Source: Bdellovibrionales bacterium RIFOXYD12_FULL_39_22
GTDB lineage: Bacteria; Bdellovibrionota; Bacteriovoracia; Bacteriovoracales; Bacteriovoracaceae
Direction: 5' to 3'
Assembly: GCA_001770205.1 (NCBI GenBank)
Contig: MEQL01000035.1
Coordinates: 62,001-126,000, forward strand
Length of the DNA stretch: 64,000 bases
In this document: positions 40,642 to 49,270 of the stretch, one piece after another
How positions within the stretch are numbered: position 1 is the first letter of the stretch
How the letters are laid out: each line of letters starts with the position of its first letter
The notes under the pieces: model-generated
Databases searched by the model: none
What the model saw: the letters and a program-made list of their open reading frames with translations, nothing else
What the model was told of the DNA's origin: nothing
Position numbers and translations under genes: made by a program

Positions 40642-41595
40642 ATGCATAGAGCATTTATAAAAACAGTAGCAATACCGATACTTTTTTTGGCGCTTAGTGG
40701 AGCGCTTTCTGCTCGCGAGACAACTCACGATAAATCTATGTATACTATAAATCCTAAGGCCAAAATTAGTGGGCCAATTTTACAAGAAAATGGAAGAGAA
40801 AAATTTAATTCAGAAATTTTCAAAATCATTATAAAGGAGGCACACCAGCGTGCCGCTAAATATCTAGAGAGTAAGAATCCTCACGCCTACTGGAGTTTTT
40901 TAACTTTGGCCTTAACCGTGCCTTTTCATGAAAGTGATATCAATCATTTTCGCGAGGTAGATAATAAAAAAGGTCTATGTATTGAAACGGCAAATAATGG
41001 CGTGAGAGTGCAAAAAAGGGCCGGGGCACGCGGTCTGCGGGTATTTAAAAAATATTTTAAAGCAGCACCAGTTAGTTTTGTCCCTAACTGTGGAGAGCTA
41101 TCAAGAGACGATACTTTGACACAGCTGATTCATGGGCCTGATGCGGCGGACGTGGGCATTATGCAGGTCAATCTTGTTTGGAATGAGAAACCATTTGCTG
41201 CTCCAGGACATTACAAAGGAGTGCAAAGCACTATTGCGTTTGGCCAAGATATGTTGATGGAGGCCTATGATGAACTCTTCCGAAATAAGAAAAAATATTG
41301 GTGTTTGACGATGGGAAAAAGTAAGCAGTTTTCTTATGACTATTTAATTAGAGGAACTTGGGCGGGAAGATATAACGGTGGGCATGTTTCTGGTAGTTGT
41401 CGCTTTGCCAATAGCAAATCTCCCTATGCTGGAAATGACAAACATTTTAAACTCTATTTTGATAAGATTCTTAATTATCAAAATAGTGGTGTCTATAAAA
41501 TGGGAGAGCGTGAGATGGCGGCATTTGCCGAGATTATTGAAAATCATAGAAATGGCACTAATAAGACAGAAAAAATTAAACCATACATTGAGTAA
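40642..41595 (+). CDS. Secreted lysozyme-like (GH23 / G-type / SLT fold) enzyme, paralogue 1
   Basis: Signal peptide and motifs FHES, VGIMQVN and RYNGG. ATG at 40642 follows AAGGAG. Confidence 0.72.
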   Translation: MHRAFIKTVAIPILFLALSGALSARETTHDKSMYTINPKAKISGPILQENGREKFNSEIFKIIIKEAHQRAAKYLESKNPHAYWSFLTLALTVPFHESDINHFREVDNKKGLCIETANNGVRVQKRAGARGLRVFKKYFKAAPVSFVPNCGELSRDDTLTQLIHGPDAADVGIMQVNLVWNEKPFAAPGHYKGVQSTIAFGQDMLMEAYDELFRNKKKYWCLTMGKSKQFSYDYLIRGTWAGRYNGGHVSGSCRFANSKSPYAGNDKHFKLYFDKILNYQNSGVYKMGEREMAAFAEIIENHRNGTNKTEKIKPYIE

Positions 41596-41603
41596 TACAT
41601 ATT

Positions 41604-42578
41604 ATGTATAAAATAGTGTTATCCTTAGTAGTCATTGCGGTTGTTGTAGTGTTTGTTTTTAGAGAATGGACTTCTGATCGTTTTGTAGATAATAATTCTT
41701 CGCAGATAGTTGAGCGGCCTCAAAGTCGGCCTACTACTGGGCCGGGGGCAGATAGAATTAATGAAAATATTAAGTCGTCTGCTGCAAATGCCCAAGAAAA
41801 ACAAGACGAAGCTTTTGACTATGATTTGGCCGGCCATGTACGTAAGGAAATTTCTTCTAATAAAATTTGGCCTTTAGTAACTGATTACTCTGTTACTGAC
41901 GAGGAAATTATCACAAAGCATCAGGATCGGATGGGTGAGTTGGTGGGATATAACCAGAAGTTGGCAGCAAACTTATCACAATGTTTAGAGTTGGATTATT
42001 GCGGAATGACTTCATTCCCAAACAGTGCTTACTTTGATCCTGATAATACTCCTGGCCACGTATTGATGGCCCGAGCTCTTGCGCTACTTAAGATGGCGGC
42101 ATCCAAAGATGCTTCTTTGCTGCAGGCGATAGAGCAAGAACAATTTTTTAGCTACCTTTCAAGTACAAATGCGGAGGTTCGGTCAAACTCCCTGGAAATT
42201 TTAGTCAAGCTACAAGAGAGCAGCAGTAGTGGCAATGAAATTTACGAACGGTCGTTAAAGAGTGCTAAGAACTTTAGTGGAAAATCTCGGACAGATTTTT
42301 ATGCAATTTTAAATGCACCATCACAGCATGATCGGATGCGACGAGAGGAGTATCTTCTGTCGATTAAAAAGAGTATGAGTGGTGATGATTTTTATGGATC
42401 TATTTCATTATTAGAGAACTTGGATCGAATTGGATTATCTGAAAAAGAACTTATAGAGGTGACCCTTCCCCTTTGTCGGATTAAAACAAATGATGGGGAC
42501 AGTGAAGACGGAAATTGGTCTACAATCAACAACATCTTAACTAAACGGCTTGGTAAAAAATTTAATTATTGTGACTAG
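41604..42578 (+). CDS. Membrane-anchored helical (HEAT-like) protein, putative partner or inhibitor of paralogue 1
   Basis: N-terminal TM segment, linker, CLELDYC motif and HEAT-like YLSSTNAEVRSNSLEIL. Starts 8 nt after the enzyme gene. Confidence 0.6.
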   Translation: MYKIVLSLVVIAVVVVFVFREWTSDRFVDNNSSQIVERPQSRPTTGPGADRINENIKSSAANAQEKQDEAFDYDLAGHVRKEISSNKIWPLVTDYSVTDEEIITKHQDRMGELVGYNQKLAANLSQCLELDYCGMTSFPNSAYFDPDNTPGHVLMARALALLKMAASKDASLLQAIEQEQFFSYLSSTNAEVRSNSLEILVKLQESSSSGNEIYERSLKSAKNFSGKSRTDFYAILNAPSQHDRMRREEYLLSIKKSMSGDDFYGSISLLENLDRIGLSEKELIEVTLPLCRIKTNDGDSEDGNWSTINNILTKRLGKKFNYCD

Positions 42579-42599
42579 AATTGATAATTATAATTATTA

Positions 42600-43379
42600 T
42601 TATTCATGTTTTTTCTTATAGTCTTCAATAGAGGCCAATAGGAATTTGGCGCTTTGGGATTGTGGGCCCATCTTTTTGGCGATTTTTTGATAATCGCGAA
42701 TATTGTCCTCGTTTAAAAACAAAGATATTGATTTGGCAATAGTCAGTCCAGCAAAATGGCCACCGGTCAAAAGATTCTTTTTTAGATAATCATTGATGAT
42801 CTGTCCATGTTCGCTATTTTTGTAACGAACCAACTCATTCATGGCCATGTCTGTTAAATTTGCATCATGATAGTCTAAGACATGATTTAAAATGGCATAG
42901 AGGTTGGCCTCGGAAGTTGGTTGCGTGGCCAAAATAAGTAGTGCTTCTTCTTTTATGTATCCATCGGGAGTGGAGAGGTAGTGTCTGGCCATAGTGGAGA
43001 TGGATTCATCTGTCAGTTTACTTGTCTCAATTTTTTGATACAAAGAGTGCAATTCAGCTTTGATGGCCTGCCCAATGGCCATTCCATATTCACGAGGATC
43101 GGTGCTGGGAAAATTGCAGTTATCTACTTCATAGCACGCCTCTAGTTGTACGAGTGCTTGCTTGGAAGAGGCCACTATGGCCGGGATTGTTGAATCAATA
43201 TCGTTATCGCCGGGCCTATCAGCTTTTGTTGTAGAGGTGGAAATAGAGGCAAGATCTCGTACGGTTTTATTTTTATTAGTACTTTTTTCCCCATCTTCTT
43301 GGTTGATAGCTGTTATTTTAATCATTAACACGGCCGTCGCAAGAGCAATGGTTGCAATAAAAAAACGAAATAGCGTCAT
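42600..43379 (-). CDS. Membrane-anchored helical (HEAT-like) protein, putative partner or inhibitor of paralogue 2
   Basis: N-terminal TM segment, CYEVDNC motif and HEAT-like YLSTPDGYIKEEALLIL. Starts 12 nt after the enzyme gene. Confidence 0.6.
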   Translation of the reverse strand: MTLFRFFIATIALATAVLMIKITAINQEDGEKSTNKNKTVRDLASISTSTTKADRPGDNDIDSTIPAIVASSKQALVQLEACYEVDNCNFPSTDPREYGMAIGQAIKAELHSLYQKIETSKLTDESISTMARHYLSTPDGYIKEEALLILATQPTSEANLYAILNHVLDYHDANLTDMAMNELVRYKNSEHGQIINDYLKKNLLTGGHFAGLTIAKSISLFLNEDNIRDYQKIAKKMGPQSQSAKFLLASIEDYKKKHE

Positions 43380-43391
43380 ATCGATCTCCGG

Positions 43392-45218
43392 TTATAGTTC
43401 TCTCACATCACTTTTTTTAAGCCATCCTGTTTCACCATTTTTATCCAGTTTAACTTGATACATATTTTCTGTTTCATCAATAATGGTGAAGTGGTTGGTG
43501 AATATTTTCCCCCAGACGGCCGTCGGCAGGCGGGCACAAGAACTGGCCGGACACGACAGCATATAACGATACCAGATAGATGTTTTCAAGGCCCCTCGTT
43601 TTGTCTCAGTATTTTCATCAGGGGAGATAGAAGAAGAGGCACTAAATGGAATCATACTTATCTGAGGAAAGATTGTTCCCGCATAAATGTATCCAGTGCT
43701 GCCCTCGTCTTCGACATAAAAGTAGATACTATTTTGTGGCCCTCGAGTAACGACTTTATTTACAGTGAAGTCATGGCCGCTAGGGAGGGTATCAATAAGT
43801 TCTCCCCCAATGGAAGCATAAAGTTTTGTTTCAAGCAAAGTTGTGGCCAGAAGCTCACCGCTTCTGGCCACAACTTTACTATTGGGGATACTATTGGTTT
43901 GTTGAGACCAGTTGGCAGCATCTTCGCTATTGCCTGCATAGATATATCCGAGATTTTTATTGTATTTTACATAGTAGTAGCGATCTTGCAATTGATAGTT
44001 TCGTACGATGCTATCTAGAACTTGAACGATGGTGCCTGCGGGAATGGTTGTTACCATTTCTCCGGCGGCCGTTGCTCGTAAATTAATACTTTTGTTGAGT
44101 TTGATGGCCGACCCTACAGTGGCAAGAGAGTTTATTTCTTTGGTGCAAAGATCGTGAAGATCATAATCAATAAAAGGGTAGCGAGAGGCAAAATCCTCGG
44201 GCATAGTGTGAGTACTGGTGTCGAACTTATGGCCTATAAATTCTTCCATGCACACAAGATTTTTTTGTTCAGAAAGGCAGTGAAATTTATCTGCAGCAAA
44301 GGCACAGTAGTGTCCTTCTGCTGTTTGGTAGAAACGATTACTTTGAGGTGTACTATCTTCTTCTTCAGGAGGAGTTACTTCTCCAGGCAGTTCGCAGTTT
44401 TCATTCATTTCCGCGATACAGACAACATCAATCGGGGCCCTGGCCTCCGTATCGGTGATGTAGTTCTCCCATGCTTTAGAGGTATACTTTTCTAGAAATT
44501 GTCTATCGTGTGAGGCATAAGTATCGTTGGGATTTGCCCAGCGACATATTTTTGCCGGGCCACCGTTATAAGCACTCCAGGCGGAACGAGTGCGTGCCTT
44601 GTAGTTGTCTGGCCGGCCAACACATGATTTAGAAGGTGCCACTTGCCAGGCAGAAAAATACTCCTCTAAAGAATAGATCATGTTAGAGACTAGTCCAGAG
44701 GCCGTTCCATTGTTAATTGCCAGAAAGTGCCAACGATCATCAACTTGCATTAACCCATGGCCATGACCGACATCCCCTCGCATGAACTTTAACTTACGAT
44801 CAGAGGCCAATCTATAATGACTCCAAAGACTTTCTTGGTGGGCAACGGCAAAAATAGCATGTGTCCAAGCGGCCAGCTCTTCATTGCTAACATTTGGTTT
44901 GCGCTTAGTAAGGTAATATTGGGCAACATCGCGGATTACGGTGTACAAATTATTCATGTAGCGGGCCGTTTCTGTAGTGGTATTTACTAATTCTGAAAAT
45001 TCCATTCCTGGGTAAGTCTTGGCAATATAGCTTAGATCCATAAAAGTGGAAGCATCACAAGCATATGGCGCTCGACCAAACACCCAACTTCCAGATACTC
45101 GTTCATTACAACGCCAAAAATCTGGCGTGTTCTCTTTGGCCTGGCCGGCCGGATTATAAGAAATAGCGATTAGAATGGCGATTAAAAGAGAACTGGTAGT
45201 TATGGATCTTAGTTTCAT
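43392..45218 (-). CDS. Secreted goose-type-lysozyme-like (GH23) enzyme with C-terminal SH3b repeats, paralogue 2
   Basis: Motifs HQES, GDVGHGHGLMQVDDRWH and SAYNGG. Three SH3b-like units (INLR...GYIY; TKLY...GYIY; YQVK...GWL). ATG at 45218 follows GGAGG. Confidence 0.8.
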   Translation of the reverse strand: MKLRSITTSSLLIAILIAISYNPAGQAKENTPDFWRCNERVSGSWVFGRAPYACDASTFMDLSYIAKTYPGMEFSELVNTTTETARYMNNLYTVIRDVAQYYLTKRKPNVSNEELAAWTHAIFAVAHQESLWSHYRLASDRKLKFMRGDVGHGHGLMQVDDRWHFLAINNGTASGLVSNMIYSLEEYFSAWQVAPSKSCVGRPDNYKARTRSAWSAYNGGPAKICRWANPNDTYASHDRQFLEKYTSKAWENYITDTEARAPIDVVCIAEMNENCELPGEVTPPEEEDSTPQSNRFYQTAEGHYCAFAADKFHCLSEQKNLVCMEEFIGHKFDTSTHTMPEDFASRYPFIDYDLHDLCTKEINSLATVGSAIKLNKSINLRATAAGEMVTTIPAGTIVQVLDSIVRNYQLQDRYYYVKYNKNLGYIYAGNSEDAANWSQQTNSIPNSKVVARSGELLATTLLETKLYASIGGELIDTLPSGHDFTVNKVVTRGPQNSIYFYVEDEGSTGYIYAGTIFPQISMIPFSASSSISPDENTETKRGALKTSIWYRYMLSCPASSCARLPTAVWGKIFTNHFTIIDETENMYQVKLDKNGETGWLKKSDVREL

Positions 45219-45415
45219 GCAATCCCCTCCTTGGGCAGGCATCGATTCTGGAATCACTCCAAAGTCATTCGGAAAGGTTAAAGTGAAAGATTAATTATTT
45301 TATGCCTGATTTTTCTGGCGCCCAAGAAGCAGCAATTTTTGCCCGTCAGCGAGAAGATGAGAGGAGGGAAAGTTATCAGGTAATTAGGTAAGATGGTGTG
45401 TGGATATTTGAATTG

Positions 45416-46222
45416 TTAGAAAACAAATCCAACGCCAATGGTAAAGGTTAAATTACTATACTCTAATTTGCTTGGGTTGGTTAGATAGAGGTTTTCTTTT
45501 CCTTGCATTCCTCGAACTGCCAAATTGGTTTGCAGTGGACTGTTGTAATCTAAGGAGGCAAAGGACATTACATGTTTAGGTCCATCAATTAGGCGAATAC
45601 CGAGTGAGGATTGAATTACTTTGGCCTCCTCCGTATAGGTAACAAGGAAGGCCTCTTTCTCATTGGCCGGGCGAGCATAGGTAAGTTCATAGTCTGATTT
45701 ATTGATCAAATATTGTGCACCTATGTAAGGCTGAATTTTTATATTAAAGCCTTCCATATTAAGATTTAAGCTCAGTCCTGCCGCATAATATTCGCCAGAG
45801 ATTTTGCTGTCGTAGGATATTTTAGTAGAGCTTTTTTCCGTGACTTCATTTCTGCCATTGGCCATACCAACGCGTCCGGTGGCCGTTACCGAGACATATT
45901 GCTCAGCAAAGAGTTCTTTGCCGATACCGAGGTCGAAGGCATGTTGAGATAAACTATTTGATTTTCCCAAAGGAAAGTAATCTACATTTTCTGATTGTTC
46001 TTTATGGGTGATTGTTTGGGAGCTATTGTGATAGCCGATTAAAAGTAAAAGTGAAGGATCTTCTTGATTTTCGCCGCTAAAGATATTTTCAATTTGGAGA
46101 CGATCATTTTGGGCAAAGGCCGAGGACGATAATGAGAGGCCAAGAGAAAGGCCTGCGCTTAATGTGGAAAGTAGAAGCGTCCCAGTTGTAAATGATCTTT
46201 GAAAATTAAGTTTAAGTGTCAT
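45416..46222 (-). CDS. Putative outer-membrane beta-barrel protein
   Basis: Signal peptide (SSAFA), alternating beta strands and C-terminal GVGFVF. ATG at 46222 follows GAGG. Confidence 0.7.
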   Translation of the reverse strand: MTLKLNFQRSFTTGTLLLSTLSAGLSLGLSLSSSAFAQNDRLQIENIFSGENQEDPSLLLLIGYHNSSQTITHKEQSENVDYFPLGKSNSLSQHAFDLGIGKELFAEQYVSVTATGRVGMANGRNEVTEKSSTKISYDSKISGEYYAAGLSLNLNMEGFNIKIQPYIGAQYLINKSDYELTYARPANEKEAFLVTYTEEAKVIQSSLGIRLIDGPKHVMSFASLDYNSPLQTNLAVRGMQGKENLYLTNPSKLEYSNLTFTIGVGFVF

Positions 46223-46311
46223 AGTTTTCCTCACTAGTAAAAAAAGTAGACAGCATATTTCATAGGAAATCAGTATATTACTTGCCAATTTCCTATAATT
46301 GACTCTTATTA

Positions 46312-46328
46312 TGCAGATGGCATGCCGA
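46312..46328 (-). promoter_or_regulatory. Possible sigma54 promoter
   Basis: Minus strand TCGGCATGCCATCTGCA has exact GG-N10-GC spacing, about 90 nt upstream of the beta-barrel gene. Confidence 0.3.
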
Positions 46329-46425
46329 GAATTTGCCTAGTGCTGCGACAATATGTTTATTTCAAGGTTGTGTTATACTTTGCACATAGTTAGCGCAGTT
46401 ATTGTTGCCGTACCAAGGAGTGGTT

Positions 46426-47124
46426 GTGCAAGATGAAGATCCGGCATGGTTAGATTTTTGTAGTAGGTTTTCTGAGCTATATCAACAGTCTCATTATTCA
46501 AATTCTTTGCAATCAAAAGTTATGCGTCAAGGCCATCGACTATTAGAGAGACAATTTGGCAGTAGTGATCATTTTTCGCGAGTGTTGGAAATAGGTGCAG
46601 GGACAGGAGAACATTTTTCTTTTGTGCGGCATAGCTTTGATCAATATATTATGACCGATATGGATGCCAAAACTCAGGCGGTAGCGCAGAAGAAGTTACA
46701 AGATACTACTAATGCAGAAAAAATTAGTTTTGAAATTCAACCAGGTAATAAACTTTCTTATCCAGATAATAGTTTTGATCGAGTTATTGCTTCACATGTA
46801 TTGGAGCATCTCTATTATCCACATTTGGTGTTAAAAGAGTGGGCACGCATATTGAAAAATGGTGGAACATTATCGGTTTTAATTCCTGCAGAACCAGGCC
46901 TAGCTTGGAAGCTTGGACGACAACTGGGGCCCAGACAGCGAGCGATCGCTAAGGGAATTGCCTATGACTACGTAGTGGCCCGAGAGCATGTCAATTCTTG
47001 CAATAATTTAATCTCTTTTATGCGACACTATTTTTCAGAACGAGTAGAGAGTTGGTGGCCATTACCCATCCCACTTGTTGATCTAAATCTTTTTTTTGCT
47101 TGTCAGATGGTAATTAGAAAGTAG
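46426..47124 (+). CDS. Class I SAM-dependent methyltransferase
   Basis: Motifs VLEIGAGTG, SFDRVIASHVLEH and RILKNGG. GTG start follows AAGGAG. Confidence 0.88.
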   Translation: MQDEDPAWLDFCSRFSELYQQSHYSNSLQSKVMRQGHRLLERQFGSSDHFSRVLEIGAGTGEHFSFVRHSFDQYIMTDMDAKTQAVAQKKLQDTTNAEKISFEIQPGNKLSYPDNSFDRVIASHVLEHLYYPHLVLKEWARILKNGGTLSVLIPAEPGLAWKLGRQLGPRQRAIAKGIAYDYVVAREHVNSCNNLISFMRHYFSERVESWWPLPIPLVDLNLFFACQMVIRK

Positions 47125-47125
47125 T

Positions 47126-48052
47126 TTAGTGTCGATGTAGATGTTTTTTAAAATCTTGGCCATATTTATTTATAATTTCTTTTAGATAGTTGATGTTATT
47201 GGCAATGGCCACATCATATAAATCATCATCAATATTCCAGCGATCTTTAAAGTGCAGCTTCATTAATTTGTTAACGCCGCTAAAATTTTTGCCAAAATTC
47301 TCTTTCAAGTTATCGTGGAATTGAGAGGTCTGCTTCATTAATTCTAGTTCATTAATAGGGGTGGGAGTCGAGGAATTATTATCTTCTTCATCATCTTCGA
47401 TCAGTTGTTCTTGGAATTGTTCGTCAAAAAGATGTAATAATTTTTCGATATAAGTTCGATCGGCCATTTGTCCAAGAAGATCAGCGGTGCCGATAATTTT
47501 GGCCAAGAGTTCTACTTCCAGGGAGGGGAATTTAACTTTGGTAGCATCAAAGTTAAAAGCAGTAGCTTGCAGCATGAATTTTATGTTAAGCAAATCATCA
47601 GCGGTAAGTAGATTAAAATTATTATTCTTCTTTAGATATTGATTAATAAAATCAAAACTAAGGTTGGGAATTTTCAAGGATAGTTTTATTCCCGTTCCAA
47701 ACTCTTCACTGGCCTTGGGGATGTATCCGACATCATGAAAAAAAGAGGTAATTATTGTGGAGAAGAGTTGGGCATTAGTAAAACGGCGGCCATCTAAATG
47801 GGCAGCATGGATAAGTCGAGTGGTGGCCAAGGAGACGTCAGTGGAATGTTTGAGGTCATGAAATTTGCGAGTACAGGCCTTGTAGGGAGGATATTCTCCT
47901 TTGTAAAGTGAGATTAGGTCTTCTAAAACTTTAGTAATTTTTTCAATTGGAAAAGTTGGAGATATTGAGGAAAGTAGAAACTCAATTTCTGCAAAAACTT
48001 TCTTTGGCTCATCCATGTTGACCAGACTAGAAAGTAAAACAATGTTTCCCAT
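47126..48052 (-). CDS. HD/PDEase-like metal-dependent phosphohydrolase
   Basis: Motifs FHDLKHS, FFHDVGY and TADLLGQMA. Confidence 0.75.
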   Translation of the reverse strand: MGNIVLLSSLVNMDEPKKVFAEIEFLLSSISPTFPIEKITKVLEDLISLYKGEYPPYKACTRKFHDLKHSTDVSLATTRLIHAAHLDGRRFTNAQLFSTIITSFFHDVGYIPKASEEFGTGIKLSLKIPNLSFDFINQYLKKNNNFNLLTADDLLNIKFMLQATAFNFDATKVKFPSLEVELLAKIIGTADLLGQMADRTYIEKLLHLFDEQFQEQLIEDDEEDNNSSTPTPINELELMKQTSQFHDNLKENFGKNFSGVNKLMKLHFKDRWNIDDDLYDVAIANNINYLKEIINKYGQDFKKHLHRH

Positions 48053-48069
48053 AGGGACACAATCCTTGG

Positions 48070-48819
48070 TTAAAAGTTATATCCAACTGAAAAAGTTAAT
48101 GCTTGTACTCTGGATTTTATTTCTGATCCATCTTCTGCTTCAAAATAAGTTTTGGTCAAAGTAAAGTCGGCCTTAAGAATCACTGCATGTTGAAAGGCAG
48201 CGTAAGGATAGGGAAGCGGACGATTGAAGAGGAAGCGAAAGATAATTCCACTGGAAAACTCTTCGCGGTTGCTGATGCTGGCAAAAAGAGGATATTTAAA
48301 ATAGACTGAGAGTACTCCATCTGGCCGAGTATAATCTAGTAGTGGATAATATTGCACTCCATCTTGAGCATCAGCGCCAAAGTTATCGCTGCTAGTGAAA
48401 GGCCGAGTATAATAATATTCAGCAGCTAAAGTCAGATTGAGAGGGCGAGTACCGGGAACAATAAGGCCGACGCTGCCATTTCCATTTAGCAAAAAAACAC
48501 GACTCCCATCTACACTGGAGTGTGTTAGTACTCCAATGTATTGAGCATCGAGGCGAGTGTATAGAAGTCCGGAGATTAAAAAAAGCTGATAGGTGAGCTG
48601 AAAATTAAGTGACTCTTGATTAAAATTTGTGTCAAGTGAGCGATCGCCATAGTGGGTTTCATCAAATTTAAGATAGCTGTAACCGGCATCAACCTCGATA
48701 CGGTGGCGAGAGGAGTCTTCACCGGGAACTTCTTTGGCGGCAAAGCTATTTGTCGCTTGTAGAAGTGAGAACACGATAATCGCAATAACTGTGAAATAGT
48801 TTGGAAATCTATTCTTCAT
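48070..48819 (-). CDS. Putative outer-membrane beta-barrel protein
   Basis: Signal peptide (NSFA) from the ATG at 48819 and C-terminal SVGYNF. Confidence 0.68.
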   Translation of the reverse strand: MKNRFPNYFTVIAIIVFSLLQATNSFAAKEVPGEDSSRHRIEVDAGYSYLKFDETHYGDRSLDTNFNQESLNFQLTYQLFLISGLLYTRLDAQYIGVLTHSSVDGSRVFLLNGNGSVGLIVPGTRPLNLTLAAEYYYTRPFTSSDNFGADAQDGVQYYPLLDYTRPDGVLSVYFKYPLFASISNREEFSSGIIFRFLFNRPLPYPYAAFQHAVILKADFTLTKTYFEAEDGSEIKSRVQALTFSVGYNF

Positions 48820-49156
48820 ATGACCCCATTTTGGCAATATATTGTGCCAATTTGGCCTTAGATTCTTTGTCCATCTCAATGAAGACAGCACCGAAATAGC
48901 TATCGTCTAACTCAGTATGTCGGATAATGGCCAGAACTCTAAAGGCCTTTTCACCAGGAAGCTGGATATTCATCTCGATCTCTTCATCAATATCGCAACC
49001 ACGAAAATAGGAAGGAGTTGCGACACAAATTCCCCCCACGCTAATATCTTTAGCGTAGATCATTTGGCCGTTGAAGTCTTTGCCAACAAGCTCAACGATT
49101 ACCGGTTCATCTGTTTTGGGATGAATACGAGTTTCTTTACGTTTATAAAACCACAT
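48809..49156 (-). CDS. Stand-alone PilZ-domain protein
   Basis: Intact c-di-GMP motifs RxxxR (RKETR) and DxSxxG (DISVGG). Confidence 0.88.
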   Translation of the reverse strand: MWFYKRKETRIHPKTDEPVIVELVGKDFNGQMIYAKDISVGGICVATPSYFRGCDIDEEIEMNIQLPGEKAFRVLAIIRHTELDDSYFGAVFIEMDKESKAKLAQYIAKMGSYEE

Positions 49157-49270
49157 ACGTTATGAGATGATACAGGCCGACATTATATTTGTACATATAA
49201 AATAGTTTTTGCCTTCTTACATTTTGGCCAATCCCGAGGTACAATTTTACTATAAGAAAAGGAGATTTTT

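Noticed and set aside
42579..42599. Bidirectional terminator between the convergent partner genes
   Set aside because: Only an AT-only palindrome (ATAATTATAATTAT) is present, with no GC stem or U-tract.
43455..44495. Antisense ORFs of 187, 86 and 113 aa, and the many other 60-125 aa shadow ORFs in the track
   Set aside because: They lie within or opposite well-supported genes and show no recognisable motifs.
45300..45385. Possible c-di-GMP riboswitch or structured leader upstream of the lysozyme gene (CCTGAT...ATCAGG ends, GGGCAAA)
   Set aside because: No GNRA-capped P2 stem or GACGCAAA consensus. The pairing is too weak to call without a covariance-model search.
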